Below are positions 20,836 to 30,640 of a stretch of DNA of 64,000 nt, one piece after another. The position numbers were made by a program, and so were the translations under genes. Source of the DNA: Spirochaetia bacterium. Lineage in GTDB: Bacteria; Spirochaetota; Spirochaetia; CADAEX01. The notes under the pieces are model-generated. The model saw only the letters and a program-made list of their open reading frames with translations, did no database searches and was not told where the DNA came from. How positions within the stretch are numbered: the first letter of the stretch is position 1; each line of letters begins with the position of its first letter. The stretch lies in the NCBI GenBank assembly GCA_045606105.1, contig JAZURI010000011.1:32001-96000 (forward strand), in the 5' to 3' direction.

Positions 20836-22386
20836 TCAGAGAGGAATGTTACCATGCTTTTTAGCCGGTCTGTCTTCTCTTTTTGTAATGTGCATTTCAA
20901 CAGATCTGATAAGCTCTGTTCTTGCGTATTTAGGATCGATAACATCGTCAACATATCCGTAACCAGCAGCTACGAATGGGTTCATAACTTCTGCTTCGAA
21001 TTCAGCGATCTTTTCAGCTCTCTTTGCAGCAGGATCTTCAGCAGCCTTGATGTCCTTTCTGAAGATGATGTTTGCAGCACCGGCAGCTCCCATTACAGCA
21101 ATCTGTGATGTAGGGAATGCGATGGTTCTGTCATATCCGAGCTGTTTTGCTGACATTGCGATGAATGCTCCGCCGTATGACTTTCTTACGATGAGAGCTA
21201 CCTTTGGAACTGTTGCTTCTGCAATAGCGTAAAGGATCTTTGCACCGTGTCTGATGATTCCGCCGTGTTCCTGTTCAACGCCTGGGAGGAAGCCCGGTAC
21301 GTCTACGAGTGAAATGATAGGAATGTTGAATGCATCACAGAATCTGATGAATCTTGCACCCTTGTCGGATGAATTGATGTCAAGTGAAGCTGCGAAGAAT
21401 TTAGGGTTGTTGGCGAAAATACCAACTGTTCTACCGTTGAGCTTTGCGAAACCTACAACTACGTTCTTTGCGAAATCAGCCTGTACTTCGAGGAAGCTGT
21501 CTGTATCGAAGATTGAGTAGATGAATTCCTTCATGTCATAGCCCTGGTTGATGTTGTCAGGGAGAATATCCATAAGTTCAGGAGTTTCTCTGTCAACAGG
21601 GTCTGTGCAAGGTGCAACAGGAGCTGGCTCCATATTGTTTGCAGGGAGATAGCTGAGAAGCTTTCTTACACCTTCGATACAAGCCTCTTCTGTAGGGTAT
21701 CTGAAGTGTGCAACACCGCTTGTTCCGCAGTGAGCCTGAGCACCGCCGAGAGCTTCCTGTGAGATGTCCTCACCTGTTACCGCTCTGATAACTTCAGGTC
21801 CTGTGATATACATGTTACTGATACCGTCAACCATGAAGATGAAGTCTGTGATTGCAGGGGAATATACAGCACCGCCTGCGCAAGGTCCGAGAATTACGGA
21901 AATCTGAGGAATAACACCGGAAGAAATTGTATTGTTTCTGAAAAGTTTTCCGTATCCGCCGAGTGCAAGGATACCTTCCTGGATTCTAGCTCCGCCGGAA
22001 TCGTTAACCTGGATAAAAGGTGTTCCGTTCTTGAGTGCAAGTGCCTGAGCATTTGCAATTCTTTCTGCGTGCATCTCACCGAGTGATCCGCCGAGTACTG
22101 TAAAGTCCTGTGAAGAAACAAAAACCTGTTTTCCGTCTACCTTACCGCAACCTGTAACAACACCGTCTCCCAAGAATTTCTGTTTGTCGAGTCCGAACTT
22201 GTCAGCACGTCCTGTCATGTAAGTTCCGTCTTCAATGAAAGATCCCTCGTCAAACATGAGATTGATTCTTTCTCTTGCTGTGAGCTTTCCTTTTTCGTGC
22301 TGTGCAGCTATTCTGGCTTCTCCGCCACCTGCAAGCATCTTGGAGCGCATTTCCTTAAATTTCTGTAACGCTTCTTTGTTACCCAA
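20836..22386 (-). CDS. mmdA: Acyl-CoA (methylmalonyl-CoA) decarboxylase alpha / carboxyltransferase subunit
   Basis: GKLTARERI, QDFTVLGGSLG, DSGGARIQEG, GPCAGGAVYSPA, DVPGFLPG, KKHGNIPL; TTG start with AGGAGG SD. Confidence 0.9.
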   Translation of the reverse strand: MGNKEALQKFKEMRSKMLAGGGEARIAAQHEKGKLTARERINLMFDEGSFIEDGTYMTGRADKFGLDKQKFLGDGVVTGCGKVDGKQVFVSSQDFTVLGGSLGEMHAERIANAQALALKNGTPFIQVNDSGGARIQEGILALGGYGKLFRNNTISSGVIPQISVILGPCAGGAVYSPAITDFIFMVDGISNMYITGPEVIRAVTGEDISQEALGGAQAHCGTSGVAHFRYPTEEACIEGVRKLLSYLPANNMEPAPVAPCTDPVDRETPELMDILPDNINQGYDMKEFIYSIFDTDSFLEVQADFAKNVVVGFAKLNGRTVGIFANNPKFFAASLDINSSDKGARFIRFCDAFNIPIISLVDVPGFLPGVEQEHGGIIRHGAKILYAIAEATVPKVALIVRKSYGGAFIAMSAKQLGYDRTIAFPTSQIAVMGAAGAANIIFRKDIKAAEDPAAKRAEKIAEFEAEVMNPFVAAGYGYVDDVIDPKYARTELIRSVEMHITKREDRPAKKHGNIPL

Positions 22387-22547
22387 CTTAATCCTCCTGT
22401 CGGTTTTTTATATAAAACTATAAAAAAATACTTTTTTGCTAAAAGTATAAATTAGTTTTTTATACCATATTTGGTTCTTTTAAACTACAAACAAGACTGA
22501 ATTAAACAGTCGATTATTCATAATTTTTCTCATTGCCTTCATAACCG

Positions 22548-23381
22548 TCAGTTATTCTTTTTGAAATTTTCAATAAGTTTCCGACTGATACTTCCGAAGG
22601 GCGGAATTTCAGGGAGCTCGTCCGCACCGAACCAGCCTGCCTTGTCCAGCTCTTCCCCGTCGGGAATCACCTCTCCGGACTCGTACTCGGCAGTAAATCC
22701 CAGCATCATGGAATTGGGAAACGGCCAGCTCTGGCTTCCGAAATACCTGATATTCTTAACAGTGATGCCAACCTCCTCCATAAGCTCCCGGCGGATGGTG
22801 TCCTCCGCACTTTCCCCGCTTTCAACGAAGCCTGCCAGGACACTGTACCTTTCCGGTACATGGTTGTATCTCACATTATGGGCCAGCAGCAGCTTGTCTC
22901 CCTTGGTCACGGCCACTATAACTGCCGGAGAGATAACCGGATAATCGGTTCTTCCGCAGCCTGTGCATACCTTTGCCCTTTCCTTTACGGAATTGACTGC
23001 GGGGCTGCCGCATGCCGGGCAGAATTTCCAGCTTTCGTTCCAACGGCAGATATGGAGCGCCCGGCATACCAGGGCAAACCACTCCTCCCCTATGGTACAG
23101 AAAAGATCCCTGGGGGATGCATAGTTGAAGCTGGCAACGCCGCAGCAGTTGTAGCACAGCTCCTCTGTTTCAAAGACCTGGGCGGCAAAGACATTCTTAC
23201 CGTCAAGCTTTCCTATGTAAACCGGCTCCGTGGTTTTCAGTCCCAGCTCGGAGGGAGCCAGGAGTACCGGAAATGTTATGTCATTTCCCTTGCCGAAGTA
23301 AAGGATAGTATCCTTCTTGAAAAGAAACCAGTAACCCCTTTCGGATTGATTGCTGCAGTGCAGTCCCGGTTCAAAGTTCAT
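22548..23381 (-). CDS. nudC: NAD(H) pyrophosphatase
   Basis: Zn ribbon FCPACG..CTGCG, Nudix box AGFVESGESAEDTIRRELMEEVG, SQSWPFPNS. Confidence 0.93.
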   Translation of the reverse strand: MNFEPGLHCSNQSERGYWFLFKKDTILYFGKGNDITFPVLLAPSELGLKTTEPVYIGKLDGKNVFAAQVFETEELCYNCCGVASFNYASPRDLFCTIGEEWFALVCRALHICRWNESWKFCPACGSPAVNSVKERAKVCTGCGRTDYPVISPAVIVAVTKGDKLLLAHNVRYNHVPERYSVLAGFVESGESAEDTIRRELMEEVGITVKNIRYFGSQSWPFPNSMMLGFTAEYESGEVIPDGEELDKAGWFGADELPEIPPFGSISRKLIENFKKNN

Positions 23382-24013
23382 ATTTCCCCCTGTTTGTCTA
23401 TCTTCACGAAATTCCGCTCGTCATCAAGGAACGGAACCTCTGCCCTGATTATCGATGCCGATTTCCTGATATCCTCAGGCAGCATGGCTGTTTCCCTTTC
23501 CGCCTCCGCCCTTTTTCCCTTGAAGGCAAAAAGGGATCCTCCCGGAGAGGCCAGATTATAAAGGGCCGGAAAGTATTCATGGAATTTTCCCAGAGCCCTG
23601 AAAAAGACTATGTCATACCGATCCCTGACCAGTGCGGCATCCATGTTCAGGACCTCCACATTGGGTGCATTTATCATGACGGCGGTATTGGCAAGAAAAT
23701 CGCTTTTACGCCCTGAACGCTCAATGAGGGCAAACTTCCTGTCAGGAAAGGCAATGGCCATTATCATCCCGGGAAAGCCGCCGCCGCTTCCCACATCACA
23801 GGCTGTCGAGAAATTCATCCTGCGTATATGGGGGACAGCCGAAAAGGAATCGAGAAAATGCTTTACCGTAAGCTCATCACCGGAGGCATTGACCAGACCG
23901 TACTTGCCGTTCCAGAGCTCCAGCTCCTGTCTGTAGAGCATGACCTGTCTCTTCTGTCTTTCATCCAGCTCTATTCCCAGCCTTTCAAGGCCTTCATTCA
24001 GCAGTGTTTCCAT
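23378..24013 (-). CDS. rsmG: 16S rRNA m7G527 methyltransferase
   Basis: HFLDS, DVGSGGGFPG; follows mnmG. Confidence 0.93.
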   Translation of the reverse strand: METLLNEGLERLGIELDERQKRQVMLYRQELELWNGKYGLVNASGDELTVKHFLDSFSAVPHIRRMNFSTACDVGSGGGFPGMIMAIAFPDRKFALIERSGRKSDFLANTAVMINAPNVEVLNMDAALVRDRYDIVFFRALGKFHEYFPALYNLASPGGSLFAFKGKRAEAERETAMLPEDIRKSASIIRAEVPFLDDERNFVKIDKQGEI

Positions 24014-25874
24014 TATTCTTCCCCAGATGTATCATAAGCACGGCTATGTCAGAGGTCCTGACACCTGAAATCCTGGAGGCCTGTCCCAGTGTTGCCGGAA
24101 GTACCTGCCTGAACTTAAGCCTGGATTCCGCAGAAAGGCTCTCCACCGAATCGTAGTCGAAACCGGCAGGAATAACCATCTTTTCCATACGCTCCATCCT
24201 GCTGTTCTGCCTTTCCTGCTTGGCAATGTAGCCGTCATACTTTATATCCAGCTCTATCTGGTCCAGCCAGGCCGGATTCACCCCTTCACGGATGGAAGGA
24301 TCAAGCTCCAGAAGCGTATTGAGTGCCACCTCAGGATCCCTGATTATCTGTTCAAAGCTCTTGCCTGTATGACGGCGGAGAACCCGGTCACCGGCCAGCC
24401 TTTCGCTGCGGTCCAGCTCCTTTCCCCCCAGTCTCCGTTTTGCAAGAAGCTCCTTGATTTCGTCAATCTTTGATTTTTTCTCCAGGAACATGTCGTGGAT
24501 GACCTCAGGTACAAGCCCTGCCCTGTAACCCTTTTCCAGAAGACGCAGATCTGCGGTATCGTGCCTGAGAGAAAGACGGTGCTCGGCCCTGGAGGTGAAC
24601 ATCCTGTAGGGCTCCTTGGTTCCCATGGTTACCAGATCGTCGATAAGGACACCGATATAGGCCTCTGTTCTCGTAAGGACGAGAGGCTCCTTTCCCTGAA
24701 GATACATGGCTGCGTTTATACCTGCCATGAGCCCCTGGCATCCGGCCTCCTCATAGCCTGAGGTACCGTTTGTCTGACCGGCCATGAAAAGCCCCTTCAG
24801 CCTTTTGGTCATAAGGGAAGGATAAAGCTGCATAGGGTCAAGATAATCGTACTCAACCGCATAGCCCGGTCTCATTATTTCCACATGCTCCAGTCCCGCC
24901 AGGGTATGGAGAAAACGGCTCTGTACCTCCTCCGGCAGGGAGGATGAAATTCCGTTCAGGTACATCTCCTCCGATTCAAGCCCTTCCGGCTCCACGAAGA
25001 TCTGATGCCTTGTCCTGTCGGGAAACCTCTTCACCTTGTCCTCTATGGAAGGACAGTAACGGGGACCGGCTCCGGTTATCATTCCTGAAAAAAGAGGAGA
25101 CTGATGGAAATTGTCCCTGATTATCTTATGGGTCTCCTCGTTGGTATATGTTATCCAGCAGGGAAGCTTTGGACGGGAAACCTTTTCTCCGAAAAAGGAG
25201 AACTGCAGCATCTCCTCATCGCCGTCCTGCCTTTCCATCTTTCCGTAATCCAGGGAATCTCTCCTGACCCTGGCCGGAGTACCGGTCTTCAGACGCCCCA
25301 CCTGAAAACCAAGTCTTCTGAGACTGACTCCCAGACCCTCGGCGGCAGGCTCTCCCAGACGGCCCGAAATCTTGGAATATTTTCCGATGAAGATACGCCC
25401 CTCCATGAAGGTTCCTGTGGTAAGCACCACGGCACGGGCAGTGAAACGCATGTTTCTTTCGGTTATGACCCCCTCTACGGACCGGCCGTCGGAGGAAATG
25501 ATGAAATCTGTTACGGTATCCTGGAACAGATGGAGATTCTTCTGCATTTCAAGGGTATGCTTAGCAAGGGCACTGTAGGCAAACTTGTCGGCCTGGGCCC
25601 TGGGTGCCTGTACCGCCGGTCCCCTGCTCCGGTTGAGGATCCTGAACTGGATCATTGTCCTGTCTATGAGATGGGCCATTTCGCCCCCCAGGGCATCAAT
25701 CTCCCTTACGATGTTTCCCTTGGAAAGGCCACCCACCGCAGGATTGCAGGACAGCTTACCGATGGTATCGATATTCTGTGTTATGAAAAGAGTGTTGAAA
25801 TCAAGTCTTGCGAGAGCCAGTCCTGCCTCTATTCCGGCATGCCCTCCTCCGATTACTATTGCATCAAAATCCAT
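23994..25874 (-). CDS. mnmG: tRNA uridine-5-carboxymethylaminomethyl modification enzyme
   Basis: IGGGHAGIEA, SCNPAVGG, RLKTGTP, GPRYCPSIEDK, AGQTNGTSGYEEA. Confidence 0.98.
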   Translation of the reverse strand: MDFDAIVIGGGHAGIEAGLALARLDFNTLFITQNIDTIGKLSCNPAVGGLSKGNIVREIDALGGEMAHLIDRTMIQFRILNRSRGPAVQAPRAQADKFAYSALAKHTLEMQKNLHLFQDTVTDFIISSDGRSVEGVITERNMRFTARAVVLTTGTFMEGRIFIGKYSKISGRLGEPAAEGLGVSLRRLGFQVGRLKTGTPARVRRDSLDYGKMERQDGDEEMLQFSFFGEKVSRPKLPCWITYTNEETHKIIRDNFHQSPLFSGMITGAGPRYCPSIEDKVKRFPDRTRHQIFVEPEGLESEEMYLNGISSSLPEEVQSRFLHTLAGLEHVEIMRPGYAVEYDYLDPMQLYPSLMTKRLKGLFMAGQTNGTSGYEEAGCQGLMAGINAAMYLQGKEPLVLTRTEAYIGVLIDDLVTMGTKEPYRMFTSRAEHRLSLRHDTADLRLLEKGYRAGLVPEVIHDMFLEKKSKIDEIKELLAKRRLGGKELDRSERLAGDRVLRRHTGKSFEQIIRDPEVALNTLLELDPSIREGVNPAWLDQIELDIKYDGYIAKQERQNSRMERMEKMVIPAGFDYDSVESLSAESRLKFRQVLPATLGQASRISGVRTSDIAVLMIHLGKNNGNTAE

Positions 25875-25875
25875 T

Positions 25876-27222
25876 TTATTTTCCTACGCAGAAATGAGAA
25901 AACATGTTTTCAAGAATGTCGGCGGTGGTTATTTCTCCCGTAATCTCACCCAAGGCCGAAACAGCCTCACCGAGATCCACGGCTATTGCATCCACAGGCA
26001 TTCCCGCAGCCCTGCCCAGCCTGACCTGTCCCAGCGCCTCCAGAGCCCTTTCCAGAAGTTCCTTCTGCCGCTGTGAATTTATAACAGCCTCACCGGTATT
26101 CAGGCTCTGTCCCCTTGAGGCTCTTCTGGTTATCTCTTTTTCCAGGATACCGAAGCCGGCGGCGGTAAATGCACTTACCGGGACAAAGCCCTCCGGCGGC
26201 TCCAGTCCTGATAAATCGGTCTTGTTCCAGACCGGAATACAGTCATGGTTCCTTATGAAATCCAGATCCTCTTCATCTGCCCCTGCGGTACTGTCCACAA
26301 GGTACAGGATAATGTCGGAATTCTCGATGATCATTCCGCTGCGGCGGATACCCTCCGCCTCCACCGGGTCATCGGAAATCCTCAGTCCGGCAGTATCTAT
26401 GAGAACTGCGGGAATACCGCATACCTCCGCCGGCGCCTCTATATAGTCCCTGGTTGTTCCCCGGTAATCTGAAACAATGGAGCGGTCCTCCTTGAGGAAC
26501 AGGTTGAAAAGGGCTGACTTGCCGGCATTGGTCTTTCCGGCCAGGGCAATCCTTATCCCCTCCCTGTAAAGCTTTCCCACGCTGTAGGTGGCAAGAAGGC
26601 TGCTGAGAATACCATAGGCCTCATCCAGCTTCTCCTCATCAAATTCCGCCGAAGGGTCTGCTTCGTCCTCCGCATAGTCCAGCTGTATTGAAAGTGCGGC
26701 CATGATATCGGCCAGAAGATGCTTTGCCCGGTCAACGGCATTGAAAACCGTTCCTGAAAGGCGGCTGAGAGCCAATGCCTGGGCCTGCCTGCTCCCTGCG
26801 GTTATGATTTCATGGACAGCCTCTGCCCTGGTAAGGTCCATCTTTCCGTTGAGAAAGCTTCTCAGCGTGAATTCCCCCGGCTGCGCACTGCGGAAGCCGT
26901 TTTTTCTGAGAAGCTCAAGTACAGCCCTGATTCCCGGAAGACTTCCGTGACAGAAAATTTCTGCCATATCCTCTCCCGTATAGCTTTTCGGAGCCCTGTA
27001 GATACCCAGGACAACCTCGTCAACCGGATTATCCCCGTCCATGAGCTTTCCGTAAACCATGGAATACCCGTCCAGCTCCGACGGCTTCCTGCTGCCTTTG
27101 AAAATTCCGGAAATTCTCTCAAGAGCCCCTTTGCCCGATGTACGGATTACTGCAAGAGCGCTTTCACCCCACGGAGTGGAAAGGGCGGCAATGAGATCTT
27201 CTGTATCATAACCCTGAATCAT
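25876..27222 (-). CDS. mnmE: tRNA modification GTPase
   Basis: GKTNAGKS, GTTRD, DTAG, NKTD, C-terminal FCVGK. Confidence 0.97.
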   Translation of the reverse strand: MIQGYDTEDLIAALSTPWGESALAVIRTSGKGALERISGIFKGSRKPSELDGYSMVYGKLMDGDNPVDEVVLGIYRAPKSYTGEDMAEIFCHGSLPGIRAVLELLRKNGFRSAQPGEFTLRSFLNGKMDLTRAEAVHEIITAGSRQAQALALSRLSGTVFNAVDRAKHLLADIMAALSIQLDYAEDEADPSAEFDEEKLDEAYGILSSLLATYSVGKLYREGIRIALAGKTNAGKSALFNLFLKEDRSIVSDYRGTTRDYIEAPAEVCGIPAVLIDTAGLRISDDPVEAEGIRRSGMIIENSDIILYLVDSTAGADEEDLDFIRNHDCIPVWNKTDLSGLEPPEGFVPVSAFTAAGFGILEKEITRRASRGQSLNTGEAVINSQRQKELLERALEALGQVRLGRAAGMPVDAIAVDLGEAVSALGEITGEITTADILENMFSHFCVGK

Positions 27223-27272
27223 AATATAAAATCATATCTTAAAAATAATTCTTGGACAATAGTCAGCCCATG

Positions 27273-27479
27273 TCAAGGAACAATTTCCTCCCAGATGGAA
27301 TCCATGCCGGAAGAGGTGGGAACATCCCTGGTTATTTCGAAGGGAATACGGTTTTCCCTAACTGCCTGACGGAGAAAGATATTCAGCGCCGTAGTCATGT
27401 TCATTCCCAGGTCACTGAAAAGTGCCTCGGCCTGTTTTTTGAGGAATGTATCGGTCTTGAAGTTTATATTTGTTGTCAT
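27273..27479 (-). CDS. RelB/DinJ family antitoxin (short; no adjacent toxin)
   Basis: MTTNINFKTDTFLKKQAEALFSDLGMNMTTALNIFLRQAVRENRIPFEI matches the RelB/DinJ RHH pattern; start at ATG 27479. Confidence 0.85.
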   Translation of the reverse strand: MTTNINFKTDTFLKKQAEALFSDLGMNMTTALNIFLRQAVRENRIPFEITRDVPTSSGMDSIWEEIVP

Positions 27480-27580
27480 CTTATATACTGTGTAAAACTT
27501 TATATGCATATTGTCAACATCATTTAAAATAATATAACTTTTTTCTTCTATTGAATTGTGAATTATGCTATATTGGATAT

Positions 27581-28576
27581 ATGGGTCGTTTTATTTCGGT
27601 TGCAACAGTTGGTAAGGATGATGAAGGAAGACGCTGTGACAAGATTTTCAGGCTGATTTTTCCGGAAATGCAGTTAAGCGGCATCTACAAGGAAATCAGG
27701 AACGGAAACATCAGGGTCAACGGAAGGAAGGTAAAGCAGGAGGATCATCTCCGGGAGGGGGATGTGATAGAAGCCACACGCTTTCTTGCCTCCTTTGTCA
27801 GTTCTGCACCCAAAACACCCAAAGTGCCGGCCCTCAACAAGGAAAATTTCAGGAAAAGGGTTGTTTTCGAGAACGATGCCCTGGTTGTCATAAACAAGAA
27901 AAAGGGAGAGCTGGTCCATCAGGCCGGTAAAAACAGGAACTTCTCCACACTGGACATGCTGGTAAGGCAGTATCTCGATTTCGATGAGGGAAGCTCCCTC
28001 TCCTTTGCACCGGGACCTCTTCACCGCCTGGACAGGAATACCTCAGGAATCATAGCCTTCGGGAAGAGTGCCGAGGGGGCAAGGAAATTCTCGCTTCTGC
28101 TGCAGGGACGGGAGGTAAAGAAATGCTATATCGCCCTTATGGAGGGAAATCTGAAGCAGGAGGTGCTCTGGAGAGACAGGATTGCCAGGCAGGAGGAGAA
28201 GAACATATCCCTGGTCTTTCCCATAAGTCACGAAACAGGGGATGAAGCTGTAACCACCGCAATTCCGGTTCTCAGGTCGGGAGGCAGAACCCTGACCATG
28301 GTGGAGATCGGTACGGGAAGAACCCATCAGATAAGGGCACAGTCCTCATACCACGGATTTCCCCTTACGGGCGATGTAAAATACAACGGCGGTAAAAATC
28401 CTGCCGGATACTATCTCCATTCTGCGGGAATAGCGGCAGAGAGCAATATTTTTACGGCATCACCCGATTCATCCTTCATCAATGAGACTGCAGAGCTTAT
28501 GAAAACATCTCCCCAAACCATAAAAAAAGCAATAAATCACATTTTAGCTTTATTTGCCGAAAAATATACCGTATAA
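27581..28576 (+). CDS. RluA family pseudouridine synthase with S4 domain
   Basis: VINKKKG..VH, HRLDRNTSG, TGRTHQIR, GDVKY; start at ATG 27581. Confidence 0.92.
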   Translation: MGRFISVATVGKDDEGRRCDKIFRLIFPEMQLSGIYKEIRNGNIRVNGRKVKQEDHLREGDVIEATRFLASFVSSAPKTPKVPALNKENFRKRVVFENDALVVINKKKGELVHQAGKNRNFSTLDMLVRQYLDFDEGSSLSFAPGPLHRLDRNTSGIIAFGKSAEGARKFSLLLQGREVKKCYIALMEGNLKQEVLWRDRIARQEEKNISLVFPISHETGDEAVTTAIPVLRSGGRTLTMVEIGTGRTHQIRAQSSYHGFPLTGDVKYNGGKNPAGYYLHSAGIAAESNIFTASPDSSFINETAELMKTSPQTIKKAINHILALFAEKYTV

Positions 28577-28583
28577 TATAAAT

Positions 28584-29444
28584 ATGAAGTTACCATTCTT
28601 TATCAGAAAAATGTTCGGAATCAAGGTTTATGCACTGGTGGGCAGAAGCGGCACCGGTAAAAGCTTCCGCGCCCGTCTGGTGGCGGAAAAAAACGGTATC
28701 GAGCTTATCATCGATGACGGACTCCTTATAAAGAATGACAGCATCATTGCAGGAAAATCGGCCAAGAGCGAAAAGATTTACCTTACAGCCATCAAGACCG
28801 CCCTCTTCGATTCGGTGGAGCACAGGACCGAGGTAAGGGACAAGCTTCAGAAGGAGCAGTTCAACAAGATTCTTCTGCTAGGAACCTCCGAAGCCATGGT
28901 ACAGAAAATCGCCAAGAGGCTTCATCTTCCCAAGCCTTTCAAGATTATAAAAATAGAAGATATAGTAACCCAGGAAGAGATTGAAATGGCTCTTAAGGAA
29001 AGGGCATCGGGAAAGCATGTTATTCCTATCCCTACCGTGGAGGTGGAAAAGGATTACGGGGATATCATTTCAGGCTATATCAACGAAACCATACAGAAGG
29101 GAATATTCCTTTTCAAGCAGCACAAGAATATCGAAAAGACCGTGGTTCAGCCAAGCTTTGCCCAGAGTTCCAAAGGCAAGGTGACCATTGCCAAGGCTGC
29201 CCTCGTCCAGATGATCATCCATTGTGCCGACGAGTTCGATTCTTCCATAGAAATAAAGAAGATAAAGATAGGGGTGGACAGCTCAGGCTCCTACAAGATC
29301 AAGCTCTTCATCAAGGCCTCCTACAAGACCCAGCTTTCGGGAAAATACCACAATTTCCAGCAGTATCTGACCCAGAGCCTGTTCAGGTATACCGGAATAA
29401 CAATCAAGGAAATGAATATAGAAATTGACTCAATGAAGGATTAA
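28584..29444 (+). CDS. Uncharacterised P-loop protein with C-terminal Asp23/Gls24-like domain
   Basis: Walker A VGRSGTGKS, IIDDGLLI; C-terminal GKVTIAKAALVQM...YTGITIKEMNIEI resembles Asp23; start at ATG 28584. Confidence 0.7.
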   Translation: MKLPFFIRKMFGIKVYALVGRSGTGKSFRARLVAEKNGIELIIDDGLLIKNDSIIAGKSAKSEKIYLTAIKTALFDSVEHRTEVRDKLQKEQFNKILLLGTSEAMVQKIAKRLHLPKPFKIIKIEDIVTQEEIEMALKERASGKHVIPIPTVEVEKDYGDIISGYINETIQKGIFLFKQHKNIEKTVVQPSFAQSSKGKVTIAKAALVQMIIHCADEFDSSIEIKKIKIGVDSSGSYKIKLFIKASYKTQLSGKYHNFQQYLTQSLFRYTGITIKEMNIEIDSMKD

Positions 29445-29446
29445 GC

Positions 29447-30541
29447 TCAGGCTTCCTTTACTGTCTCATTCTTTGGCTTAGGCTGACTGCGTCTGGCCTT
29501 CAGCTTGAATCCGTTCTTGGACATGATTGTCCTCACCGCATCTATGAGTGCCGCATTAGGTGGAATCATAGGTCTGAGGAAATGCTTGAGGGAATCGATA
29601 ACCTCTGCAAAAGGCATGTTTGCCACATTGTCATAGAAGGTCACTGTTTCCAGGTAGTCGGTAATGAGAGGTTCCACCAGGCTGCCGGTTCTGGCCAGAT
29701 CCAGCTTTCCGTTCTTCTTGTCATTGTCAAAGCTCTCCAGTGTCTGGTAAAAAAGGCTGTTTTTCTGGATTTCGTATACACCCGGCAGGATATACCTGAG
29801 AATGTTCAGCTTTGCAAGACGGCGGAATACCTGGGTTGTGTTCTCCATCTTCATTATCTTGAAAATCTCCTCAGTAAGTCTGGAGGATGAGACATAGAGA
29901 ATCCTGGAGGAATACCTTATCATGCTCAGCTTAAGGAGAAGTGGAATATCACCTCCGATCATCACGGAATACTTGACTGCACGGATAAGCCTTACCGGAT
30001 CCTCCATGAATATGGTACGGAGAGGAATAACCGGTCTTACAATCCTTTTCCTTACATCCTTGTAGCCGCCGATGAAATCAATGATGGTTTCGGAATGGGT
30101 ATCATAGTAAAGGGCATTGATGGAAAAATCCCTGCGCCACACATCCTCCTTCATGGTTCCGAAGCAGTTATTGTCCCCTGCCACGGGAGCATTGGCCCTA
30201 AAGGTGGAAATCTCGTAGATATCCTTTCCCATTATTACATGAACCAGGAGAAATCTTCTTCCGATAATCCTGGCATTCCTGAAAAGCTTCTTTATCTGCT
30301 TTGGGTACGCATCGGTTACAATATCAAAATCCTTAGGCTTGTGTCCTGTAAGAAGATCCCTGACAGCACCGCCCACAATATAGGCCTCGTAGCCTGCATT
30401 CCTGAGCTTGTCACAGATGAAAAGGGCATTGCGGTCTATTATTTCCCTGCCTATGCCGTGATCGTTCTTGTCGTAATATTCTGCAAGACGGACTGCTTTT
30501 CCCCTTGCGTTCTTGTAGTAGCGTACCTTCACAGGGTGCAT
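29447..30541 (-). CDS. pcnB: Poly(A) polymerase I
   Basis: YIVGGAVRDLL, KDFDIVT, PAP-specific signature IIGRRFLLVHV, RRDFSINALYY, EDPVRLIRA; start ATG 30541 or GTG 30532. Confidence 0.88.
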   Translation of the reverse strand: MHPVKVRYYKNARGKAVRLAEYYDKNDHGIGREIIDRNALFICDKLRNAGYEAYIVGGAVRDLLTGHKPKDFDIVTDAYPKQIKKLFRNARIIGRRFLLVHVIMGKDIYEISTFRANAPVAGDNNCFGTMKEDVWRRDFSINALYYDTHSETIIDFIGGYKDVRKRIVRPVIPLRTIFMEDPVRLIRAVKYSVMIGGDIPLLLKLSMIRYSSRILYVSSSRLTEEIFKIMKMENTTQVFRRLAKLNILRYILPGVYEIQKNSLFYQTLESFDNDKKNGKLDLARTGSLVEPLITDYLETVTFYDNVANMPFAEVIDSLKHFLRPMIPPNAALIDAVRTIMSKNGFKLKARRSQPKPKNETVKEA

Positions 30542-30640
30542 TATTTCATATTTTATACATTTGGTAAAGTTAGCCCAAAATTTCTTTTCCATATTGTTAT
30601 AAAAAGAAAATGGGTATATGTTTTTCCTGTAGGTAAAACA

